Source: Gallionella sp. (GTDB lineage Bacteria; Pseudomonadota; Gammaproteobacteria; Burkholderiales; Gallionellaceae). Taken from it: a DNA stretch of 64,000 nt. The position numbers and the translations under genes are program-made. Numbering within the stretch: the stretch's first letter is position 1; each line of letters begins with the position of its first letter. The notes beneath the pieces were generated by a model. The model worked only from the letters and a program-made list of their open reading frames with translations, had not been told where the DNA came from and did no database searches. This document shows positions 20,236-31,013 of this stretch, piece by piece. Location: assembly GCA_028687335.1 (NCBI GenBank), contig JAQUAI010000005.1:49972-113971 (forward strand), in the 5' to 3' direction.

Positions 20236-21699
20236 TTACAACCCCAGCTCATCCCACATTGCATCTACTCTAGCTTTCACCGCTGCATCCATCACGATGG
20301 GCGTACCCCATTCACGGTTAGTTTCGCCCGGGAATTTATTAGTCGCATCTAGCCCCATTTTGCCGCCTAGACCTGACACTGGACTGGCAAAATCGAGGTA
20401 ATCAATCGGCGTATTGGGAACAAGCAGCGTATCGCGCACTGGGTCCATGCGTGTAGTGATCGCCCACATGACTTCTTTCCAATCACGCACGTCGATGTCG
20501 TCGTCCACCACGATGATGAACTTGGTGTACATGAACTGACGCAGGAAACTCCAGATGCCGAACATCACACGCTTGGCGTGCCCGGCATATTGCTTCTTGA
20601 TGCTCACTACCGCCATGCGATAAGAGCAACCTTCCGGCGGCAGATAGAAATCGGCGATCTCGGGGAATTGCTTTTGCAGTAGCGGCACGAACACTTCGTT
20701 CAAGGCCACGCCCAGCATTGCGGGTTCGTCGGGCGGCTTGCCGGTGTAGGTGGAGTGATAGATCGGATCGCGGCGCATGGTGATGCGCTGGATGGTGAAC
20801 ACGGGGAATTTGTCCTGCTCGTTGTAGTAGCCGGTATGGTCGCCGTAAGGCCCTTCCAGTGCGGTCTCGCCCGGATGGATCACGCCTTCTAGCACGATCT
20901 CGGCGGAAGCGGGGACTTGCAAGTCGCTGCCTATGCACTTCACCAGCTCGGTCTTGCTGCCACGCAGTAATCCGGCAAACTGATATTCGGACAGGGAGTC
21001 GGGCACCGGTGTCACCGCACCTAGGATGGTCGCCGGATCGGCACCGATTACGACTGCGACTGGATACGGCTGCCCCGGATTTTTTTCGCAGTGATCGCGA
21101 AAATCCAGTGCGCCGCCGCGATGCGCGAGCCAGCGCATGATGACTTTATTTTTACTCAACACTTGCTGGCGATAAATGCCAAGGTTCTGCCGAGCCTTGT
21201 TCGGCCCGCGCGTGACCACCAAGCCCCACGTGATGAGCGGTGCGACATCACCCGGCCAGCAATGTTGGATAGGTAACCTGGACAGATCTACATCCTCACC
21301 TTCCCACACGACTTCCTGACAAGGCGCAGAAGACAGCACCTTGGGCGACATGGTCAACACTTGTTTCAGGATTGGCCATTTGTCCCATGCATCTTTCAAA
21401 CCTTTGGGTGGCTCCGGTTCTTTTAGGTACGCCAGCAGTTTGCCGACTTCACGCAACGCACTGACATTCTCTTCGCCCATGCCTAGTGCCACGCGGCGTG
21501 GCGTACCAAACAGGTTGGCGAGTACCGGCATCTTGTGGTCGACGACGTTCTCAAATAGTAGTGCGGGTCCTTGAGCGCGTAACACGCGGTCGCATATCTC
21601 CGTCATTTCCAGATGGGTGGAAATCGGTGTGGTGACTCGTTTGAGCTCGCCTATTTTTTCCAGTTGGGAGATAAAGTCGCGTAGGTCGTGATATTTCAT
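20236..21699 (-). CDS. ubiD: 4-hydroxy-3-polyprenylbenzoate decarboxylase
   Basis: [21 protein letters not shown] and DYLDFASPV. Confidence 0.97.
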   Translation of the reverse strand: MKYHDLRDFISQLEKIGELKRVTTPISTHLEMTEICDRVLRAQGPALLFENVVDHKMPVLANLFGTPRRVALGMGEENVSALREVGKLLAYLKEPEPPKGLKDAWDKWPILKQVLTMSPKVLSSAPCQEVVWEGEDVDLSRLPIQHCWPGDVAPLITWGLVVTRGPNKARQNLGIYRQQVLSKNKVIMRWLAHRGGALDFRDHCEKNPGQPYPVAVVIGADPATILGAVTPVPDSLSEYQFAGLLRGSKTELVKCIGSDLQVPASAEIVLEGVIHPGETALEGPYGDHTGYYNEQDKFPVFTIQRITMRRDPIYHSTYTGKPPDEPAMLGVALNEVFVPLLQKQFPEIADFYLPPEGCSYRMAVVSIKKQYAGHAKRVMFGIWSFLRQFMYTKFIIVVDDDIDVRDWKEVMWAITTRMDPVRDTLLVPNTPIDYLDFASPVSGLGGKMGLDATNKFPGETNREWGTPIVMDAAVKARVDAMWDELGL

Positions 21700-22568
21700 C
21701 AGTAGAACCTTTCTTCACCCTCGGGGCGGGTCTTGAAGCGTTTGTGCAACCAAAAGTATTGCTCCGGTATTTCGCGCACGCGGTCTTCAATGAATGCGTT
21801 CATCTGGCGTGTGTCAGCAGTTTGGTCGTCCGTCGGGTAGTTTTCCCAAGCGGGGTAGAAGCGTAACTCGTAACCGCTGGCATCCGGCAGCATGCGCATG
21901 ATGAGTGGAACGACTTTTGCGCCGGTCATCGCGGACAAGCGTGGCACGGTGGTAAGGGTGGCGGCTTGCACGCCGAAGAAGGGCACGAACACGCCATCTT
22001 TGGTGGCGAGATCCTGATCTGGCAGATAGTAAAACGGTAGCCCAGCGCGCATTGCTTTGACGATGGGCCGCAAGCCTTGCTGGCGGGAATACAGCTGTGA
22101 ATTACCAAAGCGCAAGCGGCCTTCGAATAGCTTTTTATGGAACACCGGGTTCTTCTGGTTGGAATACACGCTGACCAAATTGCCGTGCTGGGTGAGCCAT
22201 GACCAGCCGACATCCAGTGCGACGAAATGCGGTACGAGCAAGATAACGGGTTGTCCGGCGACCGCTTGCAAATGCTCGTGCCCGACGATGGTTACCAAAC
22301 TCTGAATGCGCTGTGCCGAAGACCACCACAAAATACCGCGCTCTAAAAAGCTGCGCGCGAAGGTTTGAAAGTTGCGTCGTGCCAGCGCGGCGATTTCACT
22401 TTCATTCAACTTAGGGAAGCAGAGGCGCAGATTGGTGGTGGCGACGAAACGGCGTTCCCGAGCCAGTGCATACAATACTAGTCCGAGCACATTGCCGATT
22501 CCTGCCAATACGGGCAACGGCAGAAAATGTAGCAGCCATAGCAGGAAAATACTCAGGCGCGACATCAC
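21699..22568 (-). CDS. Lipid A biosynthesis acyltransferase (LpxL/HtrB family)
   Basis: PHFVALD (HxxxxD), YLPDQD and [13 protein letters not shown]. Confidence 0.9.
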   Translation of the reverse strand: MMSRLSIFLLWLLHFLPLPVLAGIGNVLGLVLYALARERRFVATTNLRLCFPKLNESEIAALARRNFQTFARSFLERGILWWSSAQRIQSLVTIVGHEHLQAVAGQPVILLVPHFVALDVGWSWLTQHGNLVSVYSNQKNPVFHKKLFEGRLRFGNSQLYSRQQGLRPIVKAMRAGLPFYYLPDQDLATKDGVFVPFFGVQAATLTTVPRLSAMTGAKVVPLIMRMLPDASGYELRFYPAWENYPTDDQTADTRQMNAFIEDRVREIPEQYFWLHKRFKTRPEGEERFY

Positions 22569-23437
22569 GATTTCTCCTCTGGCGGCGTGCTGCCGCGCGG
22601 GATTTTGTACCGGTTATAGCTCCACAGGTACTGCGTTGGGCAGGCACGGATAGTGCGCTCCAATGCGTCGTTGATTTGACGGCTAATCGCTTGGGTGAAA
22701 TCCAGCACCAGCGGCGCAACATGGATCACATAACCCGCTCCACCGGGCAAGCGTTCCGAATAAGCGATCAGAGTGCTTGCGCCAGTGCTTTGCGCCAAAC
22801 GACCGACCAGTGTCATGGTGTAAGCAGGCTTGCCAAAAAAATCAGCCCATTCGCCTTCGCCTTTGCTGGGCACTTGGTCTGGTAGTAATCCGATGGCTTC
22901 ACCGCGCTTGAGTGCTTTGTATAGCAGGCGCACGCCGCTGACATCGGCTTTGGCAAGTTTGGCTTGCCCGCGTTCGCGCCCAAGGCGCATCACGCTTTCG
23001 AGAAAGCCGAGTTTGGGCGGGCGATACAGCACCGTAATCGGCATGCTTTGTGCGGCATACAAGGCGGAGATTTCAAAACAGCCCAGATGCGGGGTGAGAA
23101 AGATGATGCCTTTCCCGGCGGCTTGGGCGGCTGCGATATGTTCTAGCCCTTCGCAGCGTTGCACTTTTTTCAATACTTCGTCGTAACTGCGGCCCCACAC
23201 CCAAGGGAGTTCGATCAGCCCCTTGCCTGTTTCGGCGATGCTGGCGGACAACAGTTGTTGATATGCAGATGCCTGCGGCGTGATGTTGGCTAGGTGCAGA
23301 TTCTCGCGGGTGCGCGCCGCATACGACGGCGAGAGCACGTAAATCATCCGCCCAAGCAATGCACCGAGGTGATGCGACAGGCTCAATGGCAGACGGGATA
23401 GCAGCCAGAACAGGGGTTTGAACAGAAAGGCAACCAT
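22565..23437 (-). CDS. Lipid A / lysophospholipid acyltransferase family
   Basis: TPHLGCFE, LPDQVP and QYLWSYNRYK. Confidence 0.9.
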   Translation of the reverse strand: MVAFLFKPLFWLLSRLPLSLSHHLGALLGRMIYVLSPSYAARTRENLHLANITPQASAYQQLLSASIAETGKGLIELPWVWGRSYDEVLKKVQRCEGLEHIAAAQAAGKGIIFLTPHLGCFEISALYAAQSMPITVLYRPPKLGFLESVMRLGRERGQAKLAKADVSGVRLLYKALKRGEAIGLLPDQVPSKGEGEWADFFGKPAYTMTLVGRLAQSTGASTLIAYSERLPGGAGYVIHVAPLVLDFTQAISRQINDALERTIRACPTQYLWSYNRYKIPRGSTPPEEKS

Positions 23438-23499
23438 GAGTGGGGGAGTTGTTATAATGCGCGCCCTAATTAACCAAGTGTAGTAACGAACGGAGAGCC

Positions 23500-24663
23500 A
23501 TGAGCGAATATTTTTTTACATCCGAATCCGTGTCCGAGGGCCATCCGGACAAGGTTGCAGACCAAATTTCTGATGCAATTCTGGATGCGATTCTAGCGCA
23601 AGACCCCTATGCACGGGTAGCCGCAGAGACATTGGTTACGACCGGGTTGACTGTGTTGGCGGGTGAGATTACCACCAGTGCCAATGTGAATTACGCCAAA
23701 GTGGCACGCGAAACCATTCGCCGTATTGGTTACGACGACCCTAGCTTGCGCTTCGATGCAGACGGTTGCTCGGTGCATGTTTGCTACGGTACGCAAAGCC
23801 CCGACATCGCCCAAGGCGTGGATCGCGCTTCTGATGACTACCTGAACCAAGGCGCGGGTGACCAAGGACTGATGTTCGGTTATGCCTGTACCGAAACGGA
23901 TACTTTGATGCCGTTGCCGATCTACCTGTCGCATCGCGTGGTCGAGCGCCAGTCACAATTGCGCCGCGATGGGCGTTTGAACTGGCTGCGTCCCGATGCC
24001 AAGTCACAAGTCACGATTAAATACGTCGATGGCAAGCCTCATTCCATTGATACCGTACTGATCTCCACTCAACACTCGCCGGACATCACACTGGAGCAAA
24101 TTCGTGAAGCTGCGATTGAAGAAATTATCAAGCCGGTGTTGCCGAAAGAACTGATCAAAGGCGACATCAAGTTTCTGGTGAATCCGACGGGCCGTTTTGT
24201 TATTGGCGGCCCACACGGTGACGCTGGCCTGACTGGCCGCAAGATCATCGTTGACACCTACGGCGGCGCAGCCCCGCATGGTGGCGGTGCGTTCTCCGGC
24301 AAGGATCCGTCCAAAGTTGACCGCTCTGCTGCTTACGCAGGGCGTTATGTAGCAAAAAACATCGTTGCTGCGGGTTTGGCCGACAAATGCTTGGTACAAA
24401 TTTCCTACGCTATTGGCGTTGCGCAACCTACCAGCATCATGGTCAGCACCTACGGCACAGGCAAAGTTTCCGACGAAAAAATCACCGAGCTGGTCAAACG
24501 CCACTTCGACTTGCGTCCGAAAGGTATTGTGCAGATGCTTGATCTGCTGCGTCCGATTTACCAAAAGAGCGCTGCTTACGGTCACTTCGGCCGCGAAGAA
24601 CCTGGCTTCACTTGGGAGAATACAGACAAGGCAGCGGCACTACGTGCCGATGCTGGGTTGTAA
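23500..24663 (+). CDS. metK: S-adenosylmethionine synthetase
   Basis: [19 protein letters not shown] and GGGAFSGKD. Confidence 0.99.
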   Translation: MSEYFFTSESVSEGHPDKVADQISDAILDAILAQDPYARVAAETLVTTGLTVLAGEITTSANVNYAKVARETIRRIGYDDPSLRFDADGCSVHVCYGTQSPDIAQGVDRASDDYLNQGAGDQGLMFGYACTETDTLMPLPIYLSHRVVERQSQLRRDGRLNWLRPDAKSQVTIKYVDGKPHSIDTVLISTQHSPDITLEQIREAAIEEIIKPVLPKELIKGDIKFLVNPTGRFVIGGPHGDAGLTGRKIIVDTYGGAAPHGGGAFSGKDPSKVDRSAAYAGRYVAKNIVAAGLADKCLVQISYAIGVAQPTSIMVSTYGTGKVSDEKITELVKRHFDLRPKGIVQMLDLLRPIYQKSAAYGHFGREEPGFTWENTDKAAALRADAGL

Positions 24664-24944
24664 GCGTAGCGAACAACCCATACGCCGAAAGGCGTACTTG
24701 TCTTTATTCGGGCGTAGGCTAACTTGCGTAGCAAGTTAAACCGCGTAGCGGTGGCCGAAGCCAAAATACCGGCAGCGGCACTACGTGCCGATGCTGGGTT
24801 GTAAGCGCAGCGAACAACCCATACGCCGAGAGGCGTACTTGTCTTTATTCGGGCGTAGGCTAACTTGCGCAGCAAGTTAAACCGCATAGCGGTGGCCGAA
24901 GCCCAAATGCCGGTATTGGTTACGTGCTGATGCTAGGTTGTGAG
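24630..24944 (+). repeat. 141-bp tandem repeat (2 full units plus a degenerate third start) containing the metK 3' end
   Basis: Units 24630-24770 and 24771-24911 differ at 6 positions; 24912-24944 is a decayed metK 3' end. Confidence 0.93.
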
Positions 24945-24963
24945 TTGAAGGTGCTAAAGTACA

Positions 24964-24990
24964 AAAACAGCCGCATAATGCGGCTGTTTT
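24964..24990. terminator. Intrinsic terminator
   Basis: AAAACAGCCGC-ATAAT-GCGGCTGTTTT. Confidence 0.85.
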
Positions 24991-25025
24991 CTTAATTGAA
25001 GAAAAAGTTTTTTGATAGTGTCTGC

Positions 25026-26255
25026 ATGCTAAAACGTATCTCCGTACAACAATTGCGCTTGGGAATGCATGTCCACGAATTTTGCGGTTCGTGGATGGAT
25101 CACCCGTTCTGGCGCACTTCGTTTCTGCTGGATAGCGAAAAAGATATGCAAGCTATTCTGGCGGCAAATATCAAAGAGGTCTGGATAGATACGGCCAAAG
25201 GTCTCGATGCGGAAGGCGGTGTAGCGGAGGCGGAAGTGGTGCAGAGCGTAGAGGCCACGCTGGCACAGGCCGCTTTGCCGGAGAAGAAAACGGTGCGTGC
25301 CGACATCGCACAAGAGGCGGTTCGTGCGGCGAAGGTTTGTGCCAAATCAAAACAAGCGGTTACTTCGATGTTTCACGAAGCGCGTATGGGAAAGGCGTTG
25401 AATGCCGATGATGCGCTACCTATCGTGGAAGAAATATCCAATTCGGTGATCCGTAATCCTGGTGCGCTAATCAGCTTGGCGCGCTTAAAGGATAAGGATG
25501 ATTACACGTATATGCACTCGGTGGCAGTGTGTGCGCTGATGGTGGCGCTTGCGCGACAACTGGATTTGAGTGATGAGCAGACGCGTTTGGCCGGCATGGC
25601 AGGCTTGTTGCATGACATCGGCAAAATGATGATTCCGCCGGAGATACTCAATAAGCCGGGCAAACTGACGGATGAGGAATTCGAGGTGGTTAAAAATCAC
25701 CCAGTTGAGGGACATAAATTGCTGCTGGAGGGGAGTGGCGTCAGCGATGTTGCCTTGGATGTTTGCTTGCATCACCACGAAAAGGTGAATGGCGGCGGTT
25801 ACCCAGAAGGACTGAGTGACGAACAGATCAGCTTGTTTGCCAAGATGGGTGCAGTTTGTGATGTGTATGATGCGATTACCTCCAATCGTCCTTATAAGAA
25901 TGGCTGGGAGCCCGCCGAGTCGTTGCGCAAAATGGCGGAATGGAGCAAGGGGCATTTCGATCAACGTGTCTTTGAAGCATTCGTGCGCAGCATTGGTATT
26001 TACCCGGTGGGTTCGCTGGTGCGTTTGGAATCGGGGCGCCTTGCCGTGGTAGTTGATCAGGGCGAAAAATCGTTGCTGGCTCCGGTGGTAAAAGTATTTT
26101 TTTCGACTAAGTCAAACAGTCGTATTTCTCCCGAAATCATCGATTTATCCAAGCCGATTGCGCGCGACAAAATCGTGTCGCATGAAGATCCCGCAAAATG
26201 GAATATTGGTGATGTGCAGGTGCTGTGGAGCGGCATTCCGGCCACTCCGTTCTAG
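25026..26255 (+). CDS. HD-GYP phosphodiesterase with DUF3391-type N-terminus
   Basis: YTYMHSV, LLHDIGK, HHEKVNGGGYP and DVYDAITSNRPY; probable start MLKRISV at 25026. Confidence 0.92.
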   Translation: MLKRISVQQLRLGMHVHEFCGSWMDHPFWRTSFLLDSEKDMQAILAANIKEVWIDTAKGLDAEGGVAEAEVVQSVEATLAQAALPEKKTVRADIAQEAVRAAKVCAKSKQAVTSMFHEARMGKALNADDALPIVEEISNSVIRNPGALISLARLKDKDDYTYMHSVAVCALMVALARQLDLSDEQTRLAGMAGLLHDIGKMMIPPEILNKPGKLTDEEFEVVKNHPVEGHKLLLEGSGVSDVALDVCLHHHEKVNGGGYPEGLSDEQISLFAKMGAVCDVYDAITSNRPYKNGWEPAESLRKMAEWSKGHFDQRVFEAFVRSIGIYPVGSLVRLESGRLAVVVDQGEKSLLAPVVKVFFSTKSNSRISPEIIDLSKPIARDKIVSHEDPAKWNIGDVQVLWSGIPATPF

Positions 26256-26453
26256 CCAAGATATTTCATCCGTGAATGTTTACAGTGCAAACTGGGCTCC
26301 TTAGTTACGGGTGAATGTTCCAGTTCTCATCGGTGAACCAGCGGGTATCCTTGCTTTCCCCTTCAAATTAGCCATGGTATTTAACGACCTGCGGGCGTTT
26401 CATGCTGGTGTGATTCGCTATAATCAGCCCCATCATTCACTCGCGGGGCGAAC

Positions 26454-28673
26454 ATGAACAAGATACTGAAATATTCTCTGGTGGGCGCGGGCAGCGTTTT
26501 GGGTATTGCTGTTGCGGGAGCGGCCTATGTCGCAGCCACTTTCAATCCGAATGATTACAAAGAGCAGATCATCAAAGCGGTTAAGGATGCGAAGCAACGC
26601 GATCTTAAACTCGATGGCGAGATCAAGCTGACTTTCTTCCCCAGCATCGGGGCAAATCTCGGCAAAGTGTCGCTATCGGAATTTAAGAGCAGTGCCGAGT
26701 TTGCTTCTATCGAGGGAGCCAGCGTTTCTTTGGCATTGATGCCGCTGTTGTCCAAGCAAGTGGTCGTGGACGAGGTTAGCTTGAGCGGCGTGAAGGCGCA
26801 GTTGGTTAAACACAAGGACGGCAGCACAAATATCGACGATTTACTGAGCAAGGATGAGAGCAAGCCAAGCGAAGGCGGGCAAGTTAAGTTCGATATCGCC
26901 TCGGTGAATATCAGCAAGACCGAGTTGAGTTATCGAGATGAAGCCAGCGGCGCCAACTATGCGGTGAAGGATTTCAATCTCAGTACTGGACGCATCGCCA
27001 ACGGGGTACCCAGCAAAATTTCGTTGTCTGCTGTCGTGCAGGCAAACCAGCCGAAACTAGACATCAGTACCACGCTTAAAACCACGCTCACCTTTGATCT
27101 GGAGAAAAAACACTATCAAGTGGAAGGCTTGGACTTGCAAGCTAAAGGTGCGGCTTTGGATATTGGCAATCTGGTATTGCAAGCCAGTGGGGATGCGAGT
27201 GCCAACCTGGCTACGCAGGAGTTTTCCGCGCAAAAATTCACTGTGGCGGCCAGCGGCATGAAGGGCAAGGATAATTTTGATGCCAAACTTGATGCGCCTG
27301 CGCTGAGTCTGACCAAAGATAAATTCAGCGGCGACAAGCTTACGTTGGATGCCAAGCTTGACGGTGCAATCGGTAAGCTGGTGGCGAGCCTGTCATTGCC
27401 TGGTGTGGAAGGCGACGCGCAATCATTCAAGGTGAGTGAATTGATGCTGGATGTTGATATGCAGCAGCCGGAGCAATCATTCAAAGTTAAGCTGACTTCG
27501 CCGCTCAGTGGGAACTTCGAAGCGCAGCAATTCAATCTATCCAACCTGACTTTGGCGGTGAATGCCACGGGCGATAAGTTGCCGAATAAGTCGGTTAACA
27601 GCGAGATGAAAGGTAGCGTGCAGGTCGATGCGATCAAACAAAACGTGCAAGCTAATCTGGCCGGTGGTTTGTTGCAAAGCCAAGTCAAAGCCAAGCTGGG
27701 GGTAATCGGTTTTGCTGACTCAGCGATTCATTTTGATATTGATGTCGATCAATTTGATGCTGATCTGTATATGCCGAAAAAATCGGCTGAGGCGAAATCG
27801 AATGAGCCGGAACAGCCGCTTGACTTGTCCGCATTGCGAAAACTTAATCTGGATGGCAGCCTGCGTATTGGTTCGCTCAAGGTGGCGAATATCAAGTCCA
27901 GCAATGTGCGTGTGGATGTGAAAGCTCACGGTGGCCAAGTCAGTGTTGCACCGCTATCTGCCAATTTGTACCAAGGTAGCGTCAATGGCAGCTTGAGTAT
28001 CAATGCAGCAGGAACCCCCAGTATCGCGGTCAACCAAACTTTGAGCGGTATCAATGTTGCCGCACTGACTAAAGATGCGGCAGATTTCGATACGCTCGAA
28101 GGCAAAGGCAATATCGGCCTGAATCTGACCATGCAGGGCAACACAGTCAGTGCGATGAAGAAAGCACTGAATGGCTCGATGTCGTTGAATCTGGCTGACG
28201 GTGCAATCAAGGGGATTAACATCGCCAAGAAATTACGTGATGCCAAGGGCATGCTGGGTAAGGGTAATGCACAAACCAGCAGCGCGGATCAAAACGAAAA
28301 AACCGATTTCAGCGAACTCAAGGCCACCTTCAAAGTGAATAGCGGGGTAGCGCATAACGACGACCTATCGATGAAATCACCGCTGCTGCGTTTGAGCGGC
28401 AATGGTGACATTAACATCGGTAACGACAGCATGAATTACCTAGCAAAGGCGACATTGGCAAAAACACTGGAAGGTCAGGGCGGCGCGGATGCAGTTGGCG
28501 GATTAACTGTGCCGGTGCGTGTCAGCGGGCCGTTTACCGACTTGAAGTACACGCTAGATTTTGGCGCAATGGTGGGCGAAGCGGCCAAGCAAAAGGTCGA
28601 GGCCAAAAAAGAAGAGATCAAAACCAAGGTTCAAGACAAATTGAAAGATAGTCTCAAAGGTTTGTTCCGTTAA
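26454..28673 (+). CDS. asmA: AsmA-family protein
   Basis: N-terminal TM, FNPNDYK, beta-rich body, LADGAIKGINI and TDFSEL..F.V..GVAHNDDL. Confidence 0.9.
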   Translation: MNKILKYSLVGAGSVLGIAVAGAAYVAATFNPNDYKEQIIKAVKDAKQRDLKLDGEIKLTFFPSIGANLGKVSLSEFKSSAEFASIEGASVSLALMPLLSKQVVVDEVSLSGVKAQLVKHKDGSTNIDDLLSKDESKPSEGGQVKFDIASVNISKTELSYRDEASGANYAVKDFNLSTGRIANGVPSKISLSAVVQANQPKLDISTTLKTTLTFDLEKKHYQVEGLDLQAKGAALDIGNLVLQASGDASANLATQEFSAQKFTVAASGMKGKDNFDAKLDAPALSLTKDKFSGDKLTLDAKLDGAIGKLVASLSLPGVEGDAQSFKVSELMLDVDMQQPEQSFKVKLTSPLSGNFEAQQFNLSNLTLAVNATGDKLPNKSVNSEMKGSVQVDAIKQNVQANLAGGLLQSQVKAKLGVIGFADSAIHFDIDVDQFDADLYMPKKSAEAKSNEPEQPLDLSALRKLNLDGSLRIGSLKVANIKSSNVRVDVKAHGGQVSVAPLSANLYQGSVNGSLSINAAGTPSIAVNQTLSGINVAALTKDAADFDTLEGKGNIGLNLTMQGNTVSAMKKALNGSMSLNLADGAIKGINIAKKLRDAKGMLGKGNAQTSSADQNEKTDFSELKATFKVNSGVAHNDDLSMKSPLLRLSGNGDINIGNDSMNYLAKATLAKTLEGQGGADAVGGLTVPVRVSGPFTDLKYTLDFGAMVGEAAKQKVEAKKEEIKTKVQDKLKDSLKGLFR

Positions 28674-28694
28674 TGGCTGGGCAGCGGGCGGCAA

Positions 28695-29729
28695 ATGATG
28701 GCGGGTGATTTCTCCGCCCGCCTGATTTCATGGCAGCGCGTGCATGGTCGTCACGATTTGCCCTGGCAGGTTCGGGATGCTTATCGTGTTTGGCTGTCGG
28801 AAATTATGCTGCAACAGACGCAAGTCATCACCGTCATACCCTATTACCAGCGTTTTCTTGCCGCGTTTCCAAACATCGCCGCGCTTGCCGCTGCGACTGA
28901 AGAGCAGGTACTCGCGCACTGGAGCGGGCTTGGCTACTATGCGCGCGGGCGCAATCTGCATAAAGCCGCGCAAATCGTGGTGACACAACATCACGGTGAG
29001 TTTCCTCACTCATTCGACACGATCATCGAATTACCCGGTATCGGACGCTCCACCGCTGCGGCAATCTGCGCGCTGGCTTTTCATGAACGCCGGGCCATAT
29101 TAGACGGCAACGTCAAGCGCGTGTTGGCACGTTACTGCGGGATCGAGGGCTGGACAGGCGCGAAAAATGTTGAAGTGCAGTTATGGCAGCAGGCTGAAGC
29201 CCTGTTGCCCGCGAGCGATGTCGCAACATACACCCAAGCACTGATGGATTTGGGGGCGACGATTTGCACGCGTGGCAAGCCTAAGTGTTGTGAGTGTCCG
29301 TTGCATGCCGACTGTGTCGCTTTACACACTGATCGCGTTGCTGAACTGCCGACCCCGCGCCCACAGAAGGCAGTTCCAGAAAGACACGCCACCTTCTTGT
29401 TATTAATGCACGGTAGCGAAGTCTGGCTGGAAAAACGTCCTAGTAGCGGTATCTGGGGCGGATTATGGTGTCCGCCACAAATAGACGACGGGCAGGGAAT
29501 TGTGCAGGACTATCTGCATCGCAATGGCATAACGGTCAGCGAGCGCGTGGATATGCCGGAGTTCTCGCACACCTTCACCCATTTCAAATTGCACATCACA
29601 CCAGTGCTGTTGCGTGTGGCACACAAGCCGTCGCGTGTGCAGCAAGCGGGCAGTTTGTGGATAGAGGTGAACGAGGCGTTGAGCGCGGCAATACCGACCC
29701 TAGTACGATCACTACTAAGTAAGTTATAA
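28695..29729 (+). CDS. mutY: A/G-specific adenine glycosylase
   Basis: WLSEIMLQQTQV, HhH LPGIGRSTA, LDGNVKRV and an FeS CX6CX2CX5C motif. Confidence 0.96.
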   Translation: MMAGDFSARLISWQRVHGRHDLPWQVRDAYRVWLSEIMLQQTQVITVIPYYQRFLAAFPNIAALAAATEEQVLAHWSGLGYYARGRNLHKAAQIVVTQHHGEFPHSFDTIIELPGIGRSTAAAICALAFHERRAILDGNVKRVLARYCGIEGWTGAKNVEVQLWQQAEALLPASDVATYTQALMDLGATICTRGKPKCCECPLHADCVALHTDRVAELPTPRPQKAVPERHATFLLLMHGSEVWLEKRPSSGIWGGLWCPPQIDDGQGIVQDYLHRNGITVSERVDMPEFSHTFTHFKLHITPVLLRVAHKPSRVQQAGSLWIEVNEALSAAIPTLVRSLLSKL

Positions 29730-29817
29730 CTTTTCATTCATGCAACTGTTTGCAGTAGTAGATGATGTCGATGGATAGACTGAAAGTCCGTTTAATAATC
29801 TTGAAAGGACTTTGGTC

Positions 29818-30213
29818 ATGGGCTTTTTTAGCAATATTCTCAGCAAGCTTGGTTTCCCAACTGACGAAGCAGCGCCGGCATCAGCTCCCATTGCTGCCGC
29901 ATCGAGCGCGGTACCGGTTGTGACAGCGGAGCCCGTGTCGCGTGCGATTCCGGAGGTGGATGTTGTGGCGAAATTGACAGTGCTGGCGGCTAATAGCCCC
30001 GAAAAACTCAACTGGACCGTGTCAATTGTCGATCTGCTGAAGCTGCCCGGTCTGGATAGTAGTTTGGCCGCGCGCAAAGAACTCGCGATGGAGATTGGCT
30101 GTCCCGCCGATTACATTGGCGATTCGGCAAAAATGAATATGTGGCTGCACAAAAACGTACTGAAAAAGCTGGCCGAGAATGGCGGGAATATTCCGCCGGA
30201 ATTACTGAATTAG
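29818..30213 (+). CDS. DUF3597-family protein
   Basis: MGFFSNILSKLG...LNWTVSIVDLLK..DSSLAARKELA..SAKMNMWLHK..NGGNIP. Confidence 0.85.
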   Translation: MGFFSNILSKLGFPTDEAAPASAPIAAASSAVPVVTAEPVSRAIPEVDVVAKLTVLAANSPEKLNWTVSIVDLLKLPGLDSSLAARKELAMEIGCPADYIGDSAKMNMWLHKNVLKKLAENGGNIPPELLN

Positions 30214-30231
30214 TTTCGCTTCAACTCCTTA

Positions 30232-30272
30232 TAACCCCGAATCGGCTGCATGCTAGTTCGGGGTTTTGTTTT
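30232..30272 (+). terminator. Intrinsic terminator
   Basis: AACCCCGAA...TTCGGGGTT followed by TTGTTTT. Confidence 0.6.
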
Positions 30273-30431
30273 ATCCCCAACCAATCAGAAGCTCATCTAT
30301 TTCGATGTGCTTAATCCGGTTTATTATCTGTACCTGAGTTAGGATGTGGGCGCACAAAAAACTCCGTCGCGCCGCATTTTTTATGATGTCTATCCAGACA
30401 GATAGCTATTTCAATTCCGCAAAACAGCCAG

Positions 30432-31001
30432 ATGAGCAAAGCCTTTACCCGTGAAAACGATGATGTTGATGACGACGATGATGCGCCGTCGTTACCTGCG
30501 CTGCCTGCGGGTACGAAAAATTACATTACACCCACGGGCTATCACCGTCTGAAAGACGAATATATGCAATTACTGGATGTGGAGCGCCCAGCACTGGTGC
30601 AGACTGTTTCTTGGGCGGCATCCAACGGTGACCGTTCGGAAAATGGCGATTACATTTACGGCAAAAAACGTCTGCGTGAGATTGATCGTCGTTTGCGTTT
30701 TCTAGCTAAGCGTCTGGAAAATTCCGAAGTCATCGATCCTGCGCAGCGTAGCGCTTGCGAGCAGATTTTTTTTGGTGCAACCGTGACGGTGTGCCACGGT
30801 GACGGTAGTGAAAAGACTTACAGCATCGTCGGAGTGGATGAGGCCAATCCTTCACGCGGCCACATCAGCTGGGTTTCGCCACTGGCGCGTGTGCTGTTCA
30901 AGGCGCGCGAAGGTGACATGCTGAATCTGCCTTTGCCCAATGGGGTGGAAGAAATTGAGGTGGTGGAAGTTTGTTATTGCGCCATCGAAATGGATGAGTG
31001 A
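30432..31001 (+). CDS. greB: Transcription elongation factor GreB
   Basis: NYITP.G, WAASNGDRSENGDYIYGKKRLREIDRR and ISWVSPLA. Confidence 0.96.
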   Translation: MSKAFTRENDDVDDDDDAPSLPALPAGTKNYITPTGYHRLKDEYMQLLDVERPALVQTVSWAASNGDRSENGDYIYGKKRLREIDRRLRFLAKRLENSEVIDPAQRSACEQIFFGATVTVCHGDGSEKTYSIVGVDEANPSRGHISWVSPLARVLFKAREGDMLNLPLPNGVEEIEVVEVCYCAIEMDE

Positions 31002-31013
31002 GTTGCTACCATC

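Noticed and set aside
23438-23499. SAM riboswitch upstream of metK
   Set aside because: Only about 60 bp are shared with a divergent gene and no recognisable aptamer is present.
24630-24944. CRISPR array
   Set aside because: The units are near-identical over their whole length with no unique spacers, and there are no cas genes.
29760-30410. Imperfect inverted repeat around the DUF3597 gene
   Set aside because: Only about 9 bp of exact match, with indels beyond that; not distinguishable from chance.
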